A stretch of DNA of 64,000 bases, taken from NCBI GenBank assembly GCA_051362555.1, contig CM120641.1:48800401-48864400 (forward strand), given 5' to 3'. The notes beneath the pieces were generated by a model. That model did no database searches. It saw only the letters and a program-made list of their open reading frames with translations, and was not told the origin of the DNA. How positions within the stretch are numbered: position 1 is the stretch's first letter; each line of letters starts with the position of its first letter. Made by a program: the position numbers and the translations under genes. This stretch comes from Lingula anatina. Its lineage: Eukaryota; Animalia; Brachiopoda. This document shows, one piece after another, positions 50,726-64,000 of this stretch.

Positions 50726-52584
50726 CATGGGACAGAAGGGAGATCAGGAACTTCTGTAACGTCTTATTTCAAACGGAGCGATTCGTAAAGAGAGAGAGAG
50801 AGACCAAGACTGACTAATATGCAGTCGCTCGTAATGACTGAAATGCCAAAGTCTGAGACAAAAACGGAAAATGTCTTCGCGTAACATGCTCGTTGTTGCC
50901 CGTATGGTGTCGGGAACAGGGAAGAAAACTGTACTTGACACCAAGGTCTATCTCAACAGCTTCAGATAAAATATCAATACATTTTGCAAGATAAGCAAAT
51001 AAATAAATAATGCCCTAGATGTAAGTTCAGTACAGTGTAAAATACCAGGGGGAACCCTTAGAATAGATTCACAGGATTACGTCGCCGTGCCGATGGATAC
51101 AGCCTCACGTGCGTTCGGTCCCAGCTAAGAGCAGATTTACCAAGCGTAAAAAATCGGACTTGTTTTCGTTTTGAAAAGTACGTTTGAACATCTCCGCTTC
51201 CAGCGACAGTATCACGGCTTAACTGTCTGCGTTCCTGGTACGTGTACCTCCTTCACTCCGCTCCTCTCTGGCCGCGTGGTTCAGGTTCACAGATTGTATT
51301 GTCATCGAGAGTTACGCGGTTGTAAATAATTTGTAAGGTCAAATCGACATTAATTCCGCTTGTTTTTGCGTGAAATAAAACTTTTGTAAATAATTCACTT
51401 GTCCTGTCGTTTCGAGCAATAAATCGTGCATCTGGTTGTTGATCTCGCTCCGACGAATGAGTGGAGTGCAAATGCAGTGTGAGCAAAATAAGATTACTTA
51501 GACGTAACTTTTACTCTCTGTTGTAAGACACGCAGTTTAGATACAATAAAAAAATGAACCAATGTGCACATGTTACTGGAAGTGTCCTACTTAACCATAA
51601 TTCTACATCTCGATTATGTGGTACATGTAGCTACAGTAAGTTTGTATGTGCACTGTATTAAGCATGCCTGGCGGAAGGTAACGTGCAAAAAAGAAAGGCA
51701 TGGCTAGACACTGCCGCACTTCCAATCACTTTGTCGCTCTGGTATGATTGACAGTTTTCAACACCAAGCACCGCCCACTCCCTTAATGTGAAAATATTTA
51801 TGCCTGAAAGTGCAACACCTTTATCGACAATACTTTACGAATTGAAGATTTAATGCCTTAATTGTTATGACATGTTGAAGCGAGTGTATAAATTAGAGTG
51901 AGAGTGCAGCGCTAATTCATGTTTTTTGGAGAGCAAAAAGGAAGAGCGTGTGTCAGATCCACTGAGTAAACAGACTTCGGATTCCTAGCTGGTAGGGCTT
52001 TGTATGTATTTGTTTGTAATTGGAAATTCGTACAGCAAAATATTTTGTGTAATTAAGGGGGAGAGGAAACCTATCTTTTTACTCCTTAAGGGGAGGAAGT
52101 TTTAATTGCTTTATGTAGCGTGAAGCGGCTTTTGTTGTCGCAGTGTAAAGTTGGTTAGAGGGCATAAAAAACGGTGAGAGCGCATTGGTGGATGCAGACC
52201 CCTCCGTTCACTTACAATGGGCGGAGGAAAACGAGTGCGCGCAGGTGGCCCGATTTGTTTTTAATGAAACCTGAAAGCAAGCTCCTTTAATTGACGATAA
52301 ATACCCAAAATAGTGGCCTTAAATGTGGGAACAATGTGTGAAAATCACATAGCTGCTAATCTGGTTACAATGAGGTAGCGTGTGTTTCATTGACAGGCAA
52401 CACGAGGGCTAACTAAGAGATTTGTCAACCAACTCGCCATTGTCAACGGTCGCATTGTGTCCTGTCCACGACTCTCACTGAGGTTTTGAAGGAACACCTG
52501 CAATTAGCAAGTGCCCCCGCTGTTCGACTGATTCGATACTGGGGATACTAGACGACACCTGAGCGAACGCATTTGTACGACAGC

Positions 52585-55500
52585 ATGGCGACTGCCAGAC
52601 AGCTTGGCGCCATAAGGCTTTTCTTGGTCGTCTGCTTATTAATCTCGGGATTCCCTACGCTTCTGCGGTCCCACCCGTTGGATAAACTGAGGGGTGGAAG
52701 GGGAGAGACAAACCCTTTCGCTAGTGAAGAAGCAAAAGAGAAGTTATCACAAGTTTTTGGGATAGACCCACCCCCGATACCACATCATAACCACCGTTCT
52801 CCACCTCAGTACATGATAGACCTGTATAACGCCATAGCGGACACTAATGGAATTACCAAGGGGATGAAACCCTTCAATGCCGACGTTATACGGAGTTTTC
52901 CGGATAGAGGTATGTAGTCACTTTTACAGCTTGTTTTTTTTAAATATATATTGTAAGAGCCTAGGATAATGTCACGTTTCCATGGAGGAACGCTTGACTC
53001 ACTAATGGGTGTGACTACTATCCACGAGACGAGGTTGGTAGGTTAACGGATAAGACGTAGAAGAAAAAGTTCATCGTGAAAATTAATCAGAAGTGATAAA
53101 TGGACATTTTGAAGTTCTCGCTTTGATGTCGAAGGCCTGAAAAAAGTCAATGTAAAGCATTTACAACCCGCACAAACCCCAAAAAAGAAAGCTATGTACA
53201 TGTGACGCCGTGAGATGTCTATGTAGAATTCTAGGTCTTACATTCCGACAGTCTTGAAAAATGTCTATAATTGAGGTAAATAAGTCCCATTCGTCATCAT
53301 TACTGCAAGAGAAAAGAACAAGCGATTTTCATTTTTTGGCATTCATTAATACGTGCGATTCTCGGGCTGTCACGGGGTTGTCAGGGGTTGTGACAACCTG
53401 TAATCAAGATACAATGTCTGCCTTTGATCATCAGTTGCTTCACATTGAACCCAACTTAAGGTGGTATTATAGACGAGATATTGTTCCTCCACCTCCAAAA
53501 CCACACTGATGAAAAGACGTGATAATCTCACTCATTTTGCTGACAAGGGAGGCGAGAAAAAAATTGTGAGAAAATAAAACGCTGCGATTACGCCGGCATG
53601 TAGGGTTCTGTACGTGCTGCACCTGGCTGGCTTGAGAGACGCCGTCTTCCACGTGGCGGCGCTCTTCAGCTGAGCCATCAGGTTACAGCTTTACGTTTAT
53701 GGCCCATGTTCCCATGTTGGAAATGTCTGCTCTAAAACAACCCCCAGCTTTGCCTAGACTGAGATCTACAAAACCGTGTTTTGATTGGGAATATGTAATA
53801 ATTTACACCAAAGTCTCAGGGCATACCGTAATAATGAGTTAAATGTATATTATGACATAATCCTCTCTGGTTTATATCTAATAATAATAATAATGATAAT
53901 TAATTCAGCTGTTAGTATTACATATTAACACTGTTGGCTATGTTAAATTTAGTACTTCAGTATGTTTACATAACAAAGTCAAATGAATAAATAATATCCT
54001 TGAACTCATCCAGAAATGATATTTTGCTCTCTTACAGAAAGTTAATTAAGTGTGGTGGTGGGGGACCTTTAGCGTTTTTAATCTTTATTTTTAGAAACTC
54101 CTTCGCCACACCCAGTAACACTTGTTCTACATTCATCAAACCCGCTCAGCTGATCGTAATTAATATATGAAGTTTTTCTTTTCAGACACCCGTCATCAGA
54201 CTCATTACTATTTCAATGTATCTTTCATCAAACCTGGGGAAGAAATTCTGGAGGCTGAGTTTCATTTATTCAAAATGAAACCGCGGCTGACGAACCAGGA
54301 TCGCCCAAGACAGGCGGTCCATTTGATAGAGGTAAGTTGCGCAATGAATGCTTGGCTAAATGTATTTACCCTTTAGGAACGGTAAACAAACAATATGGAA
54401 TAAGATACAACACGATCGCCCCTCCAAGAACAGGATAATGTACGATCTAAGGGCATAGCGGTGATAAACCCCACATCATGAAGAACCAAGCTGGAAAAGA
54501 ATTGTCAGCCCAATACGACACTCCCATAAACGTATTAATTCCATCAATATTACCCCGGTTCAACTGGTAAACAATCATTTATTACTTGAAGAATGCCGAA
54601 ATTAAACCGGCAAACACATTTTTGACACCCTTCCACGTGTCTTCGGCACTATTCCTATATATGCACATGTGTTTAGTGTACAAAGTGCGGTTAAAACGTG
54701 AGAATCACAGAGAATGAGTGAAGTGTTAAGTATACATGGCCACCTGTGCCCACTTCATGGGCCATTCCTTGCGCATATTAAACTTCTATTGTCAATCCCG
54801 GGAGCCGACTCTCTCCCCCGGTGTCAGTCTTGATCGATGCGAAATCAGGACTAAATTTGACTAATTTCGAGGACCTGCCAGTCTGCTGTCGGCCTGCCAC
54901 TCTTCTTTGGGGTTGAGGATCTCTTCATTTAATTACCGCCATCTCAGCGAAGTCATTAAATCAGTGATCATTGTCAGTTAGCGACTCACAGAAAACAACT
55001 GGGAGTAAAAATCTGATATGATTGTTAATGTAGTGAGAGTCCCTAGTGCTTTCAGGGGCAGGGGGTGCGGGAGGAGGGGGGGGTGCTAGAGGTCTCGGGT
55101 AGGAGTAGGTTGGGAGTGTTTCTTTGCTTGGGTGCATACAGTGAGGGTATTAAAACTGGCAGGCCAGGTGCGGCGGTAATTTACATCCCCGTGTAGCCGT
55201 CACACCTGTGCTCTCTATACCAAGCTCAAATACTTGACTAATTAGTTCAGTCGATCTAAAGAGGGCCCTTGAAACGGGGAACAATACTCCTCGTAAAGAA
55301 ACAATTTATGTGCACGACTATAGCCACGCGGGGTCCGATGGTGGATCGCTAAAAACGGGAAGAAAAAAACTGCATGAAGTCCATGACGACCTCGTCCCCA
55401 AGGAGGGTTGGAAGGGTCAGTGAGGGCGAGTAAAGCCTGCCGTTTACGAAAACAAACTTAATAGTACAACATTGTTATTGAGCAATGAAGAGTCCCTAAG

Positions 55501-58500
55501 TAGATCTTAGTAGTGCACCATTAGAATATTAATACACACTCTCATAAACACGGGTATATCTTGGCCCACGTCCCACCAATCATTTCTAGATTACGCTCAG
55601 TGAGATGTGCTAAGCGCAGGTGTTTGGGGGGCTTGCGTAATGAAAACAGTGCCCGCTTTATAAAATAGGGGTTCCAAGATACTTTCCACGCAATGCCAAT
55701 TAATGGTTTACCCATATAATTCCGAGATTTTTGAAACGTGAACAGGTTAAAGTACCCCCTACATTGTATGTGTATGTATGACTGCAGTATGGGTATTATT
55801 ATTCGTATTGCCTAATGTACTCGTCTATTGTGGCCTGTAGTGTCACCGTCCGTCGAGCGGATTAATATGATATTGTATTTACAGGTAATCAGGGGGTATC
55901 TCTGACCCCAATAGACGTAATGTGACGTTATTCTGGTATATATAACCCACACGGAGTGTGACAGGGGATAATCTATTCTGTCGTCTTATTTTTCATTCAA
56001 AATTCTTTACATCGCTGTTTAACCCTGGAACAGAGATTTAGATAAAAACAGAATGTGTTTTTTAACTTTCCCGGACAAAGAATGATAAAATCTAGAGTGA
56101 GATTGATTATACTATCAATCGATTAATGATAAATGGTATTCTTGACGCTTTGCGACAACTGACGTCTGCTGACGTTGCTTCTATAAAATACAGCATTCCT
56201 GCCTGTTAGGAACGCTACATCTTCTTTTATTCTCAGTTGGTTAAATTGTCACCAGGTAGGTGGGCTAGAGGTGGAATTGTCGTACGCTGCAGACACACAA
56301 AACTGTTATTATATTTAGAATTGGAAATTTTGCCCATTAATAATACCCTTATCTTCTTAAAGAACATAGTCTATGATAGTAGTTATGCTATAAAATTCAA
56401 CATTTTGACGTTGTTGTTTTGTCGTCAGTTGAAGGTATACCAGGTCCTTGACGTTAACCATATGTTCGCAGAGGAGGGGGTTCGCCTGCTTGACGCCCGT
56501 CGACTTAGCGGACACACTCACGGGTGGGAGGTATTCAACGTGAAAAAGGCGGTCGAGGACTGGGCCAAAAATAGCTCTACCAACCACGGTACGTGTAAAA
56601 AAAACATACGTTTAAACCTCTTTCCTTCTTACATCCTGTATTTAATTATTATTTTTTGTATCAAAATTAGAAATATGTCTAAAATCAGTTTCAAATAAAA
56701 CATGTAGAATAATATCCTATAGATAACATCGTATTAATGAAAGCAGAAGAAAAGTTAGAAATGTGTAGTTTTTGAAAAAAAATCAAGAATCTTCATTTGT
56801 TATGAGAGCAAAATTCCGCTATGCCAAGAAAACAATATCATGAAATATCATGAATAACTGAAAATATCACTGAAAATCGAAAAAAAAAACTCCAAGAAAT
56901 TATAATAAAAGGTGACCATTTTCTCCTCAATCCACACAAAGTTCAGGGGCGGATCCAGAGATATTTTTTGAGTCTTCCACATTATCTTTGTTGATCCATC
57001 TTCCATTTTTTGACCGTCTTCCGACAGAAAAAATTAGGTACTCATCAATGTAAACTTAGAAATTTGACCGTCTTCCGGAAGACCCTGAAGACAGCCTCAA
57101 TCCGCCCCTGCAAAGTGACTAGTAAGGGTCACATATAACTTCATTGCAGAAGTTTAATTTCTCCTCCCAGGTTTCCTCGTCACCGCCAAGTCTCTGGACG
57201 GAGCCCATCTGAACGGGACCTACGTCCGCTTTGCCCAGAGAAGTGAACATCACGACAGCAAGCAGCCCATCCTGGTGGTTTTCACGGACGAGGGAAAGAG
57301 AAAGTACTTCAACCACATTGCTGGGGCCAAGAATAGTAAGTGGCTTCTTTAAAAAGTTCATTAGTCTGGTAGATGTACCTGAATTGTTGAATTAATAATT
57401 TCACAGTCAGTGCTTTCCTATGCCGTCAAATTTTCGTTAGATCAAGCTTTAGATCATCAGCGCATGACCAGTTTGTCCTGAGGAAGGCTCTTGAGAAGAG
57501 CCGAAAATTTGACGGTAGGAAAGCATTGTCTGTGAATTTATTAATTCAACAATTCATAGTAAGTGGCTTGTAATACTTTAAGATATAATATGTAAACATA
57601 TGAAGTGAGAGTAAATGTCATGTAAAGTCTTTTAATTATTATTGACATTTTTTCACACGATGCAAAAAAATATCCACAAAAAATAGAAAAAAAATCGAAA
57701 TTAATCTCTAGAGCAACAGAAAAAGCTTTAAAACTGAATCTTCTGCAAATTTGTAGCCGTAAATTTGATTTACTTGTTCTGTGCAAAGATCATTTTTGGA
57801 AAATAATATTACAATATCTTAGCATTTCTTAAAGTTATCCTATTTGAAACTTTATGGTGCAGTTTGGTCGGGTTTAGCGAAAATAATTTAAAAATTTGAT
57901 ATGCATCTTTAAAACTAAGAGGTTATATACAAGCAGATACCTTGTGTTCATGTGGACCTAGGTATGAAAAACTGAAAACGTAACACTAAGGATATAAAAA
58001 CCATGTATCGACAGAGTGTATCTATATAACGGTTAGAACTGTTATATCTGATCTACTTGGTGTTTAATGTAAGTGCTGTATCCAGTTAATGTATCTCCGG
58101 GAAATGGGGAGAGAAAGGGGCGTGGCACTTGGTTAGACGGAATGATAGATCAGTACGTCAGCCTTAAATAAGAAACCCATCAAGAATCCATGTTAAGCAC
58201 TTGTATTGAAAATCGTTTGCAGAGTAAAACATGGGTATTTTTTCACTTTCAGATTTTTTACAAGGGTCGCGGCAGAACGAATACACTTTTTACCACAGGC
58301 GACCCGACGGCCGCTTTCAGAAAAACTACGCAGCCATCCAATATCTGAACGAACGCTTTCATTCATTCGGAGCTGACAACACATCGTCAACAGACTCCGA
58401 AGACACACAAAGGCAAGGAGACCCAGAAACTTCATCAGGTCGTAGTAAAAGAGCTGCTCAGAATTACTATGGCTTCAGACGCCGCAGAAAACAGACAGAC

Positions 58501-58815
58501 TCTTGCGACCGCCACGAGCTGTACGTGGACTTCGAGGCGATCGGGTGGTCGGGGTGGATTATATCCCCCAAAGGGTACAATGCATATCATTGTAAAGGTG
58601 AATGCCCCTTCCCTCTCGGGCAGAATCAAAAACCTACAAACCATGCTACAGTGCAGAGTATAGTCCACGCGTTAAAAGTGGCCAAAGACGTCGGTGCGCC
58701 GTGTTGTGTGCCAAATAAACTCTACTCTATCAGTTTATTATACTTTGACGATCACGAAAACGTGATCTTGAAGCAGTACGATGACATGGTGGCGGCCAGT
58801 TGTGGATGTCATTAA
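52585..58815 (+). CDS. admp: Anti-dorsalizing morphogenetic protein (BMP/TGF-beta family), 5 exons, ~452 aa
   Basis: Phase-consistent exons 52585-52909, 54186-54331, 56429-56588, 57171-57335, 58253-58815. Signal peptide, prodomain (PPQYMIDLYN..ADVIRSFPD, ILEAEFHLFK, GWEVFNV, QPILVVF), RSKR furin site, and a mature domain with ADMP-typical LYVDFEAIGWSGWIISPKGYNAYHC..FPLGQNQKPTNHATVQSIVHAL..ISLLYFDDHENVILKQYDDMVAASCGCH. Confidence 0.93.
56944..57110. mobile_element. CAGGGGCGGA-type MITE in ADMP intron 3
   Basis: TIRs caggggcggat/atccgcccctg, flanked by caaagtt and caaagtg (imperfect TSD). Internal duplicate tttgaccgtcttccg. Confidence 0.75.
57380..57556. repeat. Fold-back element (~55-bp arms), probable Penelope-like remnant, in ADMP intron 4
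   Basis: Arm 57380-57436 is a near-perfect reverse complement of 57502-57556. Confidence 0.8.
57473..57515 (+). ncRNA. Candidate minimal type I hammerhead ribozyme
   Basis: ttGTC-CTGAGGA-a-GGCTCTT(gag)AAGAGCC-GAAA-ATTT-GACgg: core boxes present, 7-bp helix II, short helix I, rudimentary helix III with palindromic AATT. Confidence 0.6.
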
Positions 58816-61800
58816 TAGTGTTCAGTATCTACCTGGGGCACGCTGTGGGCTGGCCACCGCTCCCACTCGCCGAGAACGCCAGCAGGCTGAGAAAGTAACC
58901 CCCTCTGGCCGCCCACAATTACCACATATTTCAGTTCTATGCCGATAAAAACACCATTCGCCCCGTAATACTGTTGCACTTGTCGCTTATTGCCAGCCAG
59001 AAGGAGAAACATTGCTTTCTTTATAATCATTGACTCGTTTCCTATGATTTTAATGTCAGTGACTTTTTAAAAAGAAACTCTTTTTTGATTTTCCGGTTAA
59101 GAAGACAACGAATGGGAGTACAAATCGTTTACAGGCAACCTTGAGATTGCCGACAATGGAAGTAATGACCCATGGACACCGGGAGACACAAGGATAGTTT
59201 TTTCGCTTACAGAAAACCAGATGATCTTTTAACAACCTTTCAATGACGACAAGTGTTCCAAAGTTGAGCGGGTTTGCGGTGGCATTCTATGTGTTCATGT
59301 AGTTAGGGATGAACTAGTCAATACAAAACACAACAAAGATGAACCCAACTGAAACAAGCCGTGGGCGGGGGAGGAACATGTTGGCGGATGTTATATCAGT
59401 ATTATTAACGATAACGACGGAAGCGCTGGGTTGGTATCGTCTGCCCAAGCTGTCGTCTGGGGAGCACTCCCAGTCACGTGACAGAGGTCAGGTCCGCCCG
59501 CAAATTTCGGCAGCTGCCGTATTGCCCTGGCCAGCTGTGCTGCAACTTGCATCACTCACTTCAAAGGTAAAAAGTGACTTCATTAACCAGCCATATAATT
59601 AAACTGCATATAATGTGTATAAAGTGTGTAAATATAGATGTAAATTATTTCCGGTGTAAATCTGGGACACAGAAATATCACGCGACGGCGCGGCTGTCGG
59701 AGGAGACAGAGAAATGAAGCATGTCAAACATGTAACGACGACTTGACCACAAATTTCTTTTAATGCTGTGCAGATAATGACTTGACTTCCTAATTAATTT
59801 CAGTTATTGACTTACTTGAGATAAAAAGCAGTGTGATATCAAAAGTTTTCAATCACGTTAATGTATTGACACAAAACGTCTGGCGACGACAGTCTGTTTC
59901 ACGTATTTTTTTACATCCTTTTTATTATTTTCCAACATAATTACGAAAAAGCGCCAATAATTTTATTATTATATTTAGCGTTCTTTTTTGCATGTATGTT
60001 CAGTCTGTTGAACGAGCTCTAACAAGGTTATCTATCTAACAATATTTAGACTACAGTGGAAAAGAAAGGTACAAAAGGCGAGTTATTTGTAGAAAGAAAA
60101 AAAAACATTAGAAATTTATAAGCCAGAACGCTTGCTATCACTTTCCTTAATTTGAGGATTTATTAACACATGTTCAGTTTCTAAAATGCAGGGAGAATTG
60201 TGGGGAAATTAAAGCGCCCTATCTTGTGGCAAGAATCCGCCTCAACAGTTCAAAGTTGCTGAAGTTTGTTGAACGTATTATACGTAAAATTAAATCTTTT
60301 TGTCAGCCGGGCGAGTACTCAGACTGTATTTACGTCCAGGCAAAGTGATCTTGTGCAATTAAATATTATCTACCTAGAAATAAAATGTGCAACAGTAAAA
60401 GAACGCAATGGCAGACACAGCGCCATCTCAGAAACTGATGATATTAGGGTCTATTTGTGCAAAGACACTACAAAATTTCTAGTTCCACTTGTTAGAAAGT
60501 ATTTTAATGCGGCGTCTGACGTAGTTAAAGTACCGTTGCGAACATACTTTTAACTTAATTTTAATTTTTTTATCTAACTCATATCTTGCGAATCTGTTTC
60601 TTTTAATACACCACCAGATGTACAGTTCCACTTCCTGGGAAGTATTGTTTTTTCATTTGTTCTTTCTTTCATTTTTTTTCTTTTTCTCCATTGATTTAGC
60701 ATCTGGCGTAATTTTAAACTTGCATTTTGAAAATATCTTCATCAAATTCATAACTTCACGCCAGGTGGCCCCTCCCCGCGTTCATCAGGTGCCGTTTGTA
60801 TGTATATGCAGGTGACCAGTGTATAGTGATAGATGTATGTACATCCAGGTGACCAGTGTATAGTAATATGTGTATAGTGTACAGGCCAAACCCTTGTTAT
60901 GATTCTAAACAATTAATGGATAATTACAATTGTTGAAGCAATGTAATGTTACGATTAATAAATGTTCTCATTGCGTACATTTGTCACCTTGTTTGTTGGT
61001 TTGTTTCCAAATTCGAGCTAGATGCTGTGAAACGCAGCAACAAACGTGCACACGTTTGCTTTGTTTATTCACACAGAAGTAACGACAAAAATAAATAATA
61101 GATTATTACTGGCCCATTTTGTGCCACGGAATGTCATGTTACAGGTGTGGACAAAAGGGCAATACTCGGTGACCTTTCATATTTGGCAACTGTTGACACC
61201 CGTTCATTAATACAGTGTGTTTATTATTTACACGATACACGAGCACGAGATTTTAAATTTTAGACGTTAAGATTATATTTACAAAATGTCCATCATCGCT
61301 TTCTTCTCCACCCCTACACCGAAGGAATCAAGCTGTAAAAGTGGAAGAGTGGCAGCCTCTCCCTTCTCAAAACGTCGAACCAAAATTTAGTTTGGAATTC
61401 AATCCTTTCTCACGATGTCTTATTTTGGAAACACAGATAAAATGGAAAATCTACCTTAAAACTGGACATATACGATTTCTTATCAATTACGCCAGAAGTA
61501 GATTTAGAGTTTGTAGCGAATTCTTCTATGTAAAGATTAATTACCAAATTCATTTGCGTCCAGTTGTCAGGACGTTGGGTAATAATTTACTCCACTCCCA
61601 GTCACCTTAAAAATCACTTTAAAAAATCCTTTAAAAAACACTTTATCTAATTCCATTTAGTCAAAAACCTTGTCAAATTGGGTGCGTCAGTTGATAGTGC
61701 CGTCTTATTAGAGTAAATGTCCCTATAATCTCAACTAACACAATCGAAGATACTGTTCTAACAACGTAAACATTAATACAATTCTAATGCCAAGGTATAT

Positions 61801-63868
61801 ACAACACAAAGAACTGCGACATAAACTTTTCTTTTGAAATTTTTCATCGTTAAAAAATGTCTGTTAAAGTCCACTCTTCACGACGGCAAACTCGTCTTCA
61901 GTCAACTAGATTTCCCGTGCATTGTAAAATGACCAATTTCATGAAAAAAATTAAGTTGCGTTTTATTTCCAAGTACTCACAGACTTTTTACACTTAAATA
62001 TATTTTGTTAAGCCAAAGGTGAACAGCGATACTTCTCTGCCAGGGAAATATGATTCACAAAGAAGTGGTGAAAGGGGTACAACAGGCGACGTCAACATAT
62101 ATATATTCTTCAGTTCTAATTACTGCTAACAGGTGGTTGAACAATGCTTCATATAGAGTTATGTAGTCGTAGGCTCCATTCACAATGAGAAGATCCGAGT
62201 GCTAACTGGTCCACGGCTTAAATATGGCGGACCTACATGAAAGGAAAACCGCTTAATCCTGTAATGGTCTCTCCGCCTCTCGCACACCTCCCCACGTATT
62301 GCCCCTGCAGGGGGCAGAAATTAAATCTCGACTCTGACGCGGACTTGAGCCTTGGATCAGTTGATACTCTGATCTTCTATTCTGAATGGTTTCATAGGAC
62401 CCAAGACACGGCCATTGACTCCCAGCCTCATGGTAATGCATAAAAAACACACTGCAATGCTACATAACAGTATAACCATTTTATTTTGAAGTCCATTATC
62501 TAAACATGTGATGATGAATCATGCTATGTATCAGTACACCTGGGTCAAAACAAATCTTTAATGTAATGCAAAGCTAGAGGTACATTTTCAAATACCAATC
62601 TGGCTGGGAGGGGGTGGGGGGTGGGGGGGAGGGAGTGCCTACTGACACAGCATTAGATATAGTATTGGTTTACTGTAAAAGCATAAAATGTATTGCCTGG
62701 TAAGTTAACTACTTAGCAGATGTCAAGATTTAAGAGCAATTAACCACAGTACATAACCTCTGGTATGGCAGCCTCTATAAACACTGAGTCTCAACCACAA
62801 AAGAAAACATTCTTCATGGCTTTATGAAGTTGAAATGGTCTATTTATGTCTTGTGTGTATATATTCATGTATGTCACTATAGATAAATGGAAAAACAACA
62901 GTCAACCTCCTCATCACACAGGTGCTGGTTCACTTGTCTTGTTCTGAAAGTTTTCTGTTTATTGTGGAGACTCTCACCTCCTTAGACCGCAGATGTGCCT
63001 TGGTTAGCCAGCGCTATGGAGGCAGGAAGTCAGCACTGGTCGTTTTAATTGTTTCCTCAATGTCACTGGCATGTTGCATAATATCCCGTATTGCTTTACG
63101 ATTTCACCACCACCCCTTCAAGCAACAGAGCTGCCCCCTTGTCCTTGCCAAAGCTTTATCGTCCTTCCATCTTAACAACATATTCATATCATTCTCTCTT
63201 TCTTTAAGACTTTTAAATGCTAGCCCTGTTTCTCTGCAACTCTTTTGAACAATATAATGAGTATTTCACAGTTACTGTGCAGAGACAATGACCAAAATAG
63301 TTGAAGCCTGTGCACTCCTAGTGCCCCCCTGCATTGCCTGCTGTGCCCTAGGGTGGGGCACCTGACCTCCAGGGTGGTGGTGGATATCAAATTAACTGTC
63401 TGGTAATATGGGAGCCACTAACTAAATGCTATAATTCAAACTTGTCACACAGACAAATTGAAACAAAATGCCAATGAAAATCAAATTTGTAAGTCCATCT
63501 AAATTAATTATTTTGGAGTTCAAGATAATTCAAACTTTCCTAGTTTCTTAGATGCCTTCTTAAGGAAACTGGGTTCTTAGTTAACTGTGTTATCACCTAT
63601 CTTAAAGTGATAGATTAAAACCGAAAATAGGACATATCCTGACTTCATCACAAGATCTTGGGAATTTTAATCAAGCTGATACTGACAGTCAATGCAAGCT
63701 TGCCCTTGAGCTGGTGATGACCAATTTCTTAATTGGAGCAGCTCAACTAGATTCAAATAGTACTTCAGGGAAGCAAAACAATGCTTGGTAAAAAGAGGGA
63801 GGAAATGAATATTTACATGTACATAGCAAAATGTAGAGAGGAGAATGTACTTGACTAATAATTAAATG

Positions 63869-63973
63869 CTATGAATATCTCTTTAATAATCTGTTTATTT
63901 GAAAAGGGCTTGGTTTCCTTCCTTCGGGAACAAAACTGGCTTTGGCAGCTTTTTCTTCTTCTTTCAATCTTGC
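63869..63973 (-). CDS. Probable terminal exon of an unidentified gene entering from the right edge
   Basis: Pyrimidine-rich acceptor ...tttcag at 63974, then ARLKEEEKAAKASFVPEGRKPSPFQINRLLKRYS-stop. Confidence 0.45.
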   Translation of the reverse strand, partial: ARLKEEEKAAKASFVPEGRKPSPFQINRLLKRYS

Positions 63974-64000
63974 CTGAAATTAAGAAGAAGCCATCAATAT

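Noticed and set aside
59882-59896. GGCGAC-N4-GTCTG downstream of ADMP
   Set aside because: The spacer is 4 nt rather than the 5 nt required by the Mad/Medea element.
62880-63260. Coding-looking minus-strand stretch
   Set aside because: Several in-frame stops and no recognisable motif. It may be UTR or a decayed fragment.

Overview
Eukaryotic (animal) genomic DNA: AT-rich with GT-AG introns. The gene content points to a bilaterian invertebrate; the exact taxon cannot be read from the sequence. From left to right: the 3' exons of an unknown gene, probably inside a DNA transposon that ends at 2481; a complete, very young BEL/Pao LTR retrotransposon (3502-9974, minus strand; identical 288-bp LTRs, ACCAT TSD); a 5-exon secreted mucin/fibrinogen-like gene (11811-14914, +); a 23-exon polycystin-1-like gene (42814-16467, -) whose intron 5 holds a 9.0-kb IS3EU-type DNA transposon (26556-35554; TAC..GTA ends, GGATCC TSD) carrying a DDE transposase and a convergent HECT E3 ligase; the tandem pinhead (46494-50725, +) and ADMP (52585-58815, +) pair; several MITE, Helentron and Penelope-like remnants; and the last exon of a minus-strand gene at the right edge. 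The strongest leads are: (i) the BEL element has no tRNA primer-binding site but a 10-nt stretch complementary to its own LTR, suggesting Tf1-like self-priming; (ii) the HECT-carrying transposon's TIRs include a copy of the HECT gene's first exon; (iii) tandem Mad/Medea-type BMP elements in a pinhead intron; (iv) a minimal hammerhead ribozyme in an ADMP intron. All exon models were built by eye from splice sites and phase consistency. No database searches were run.
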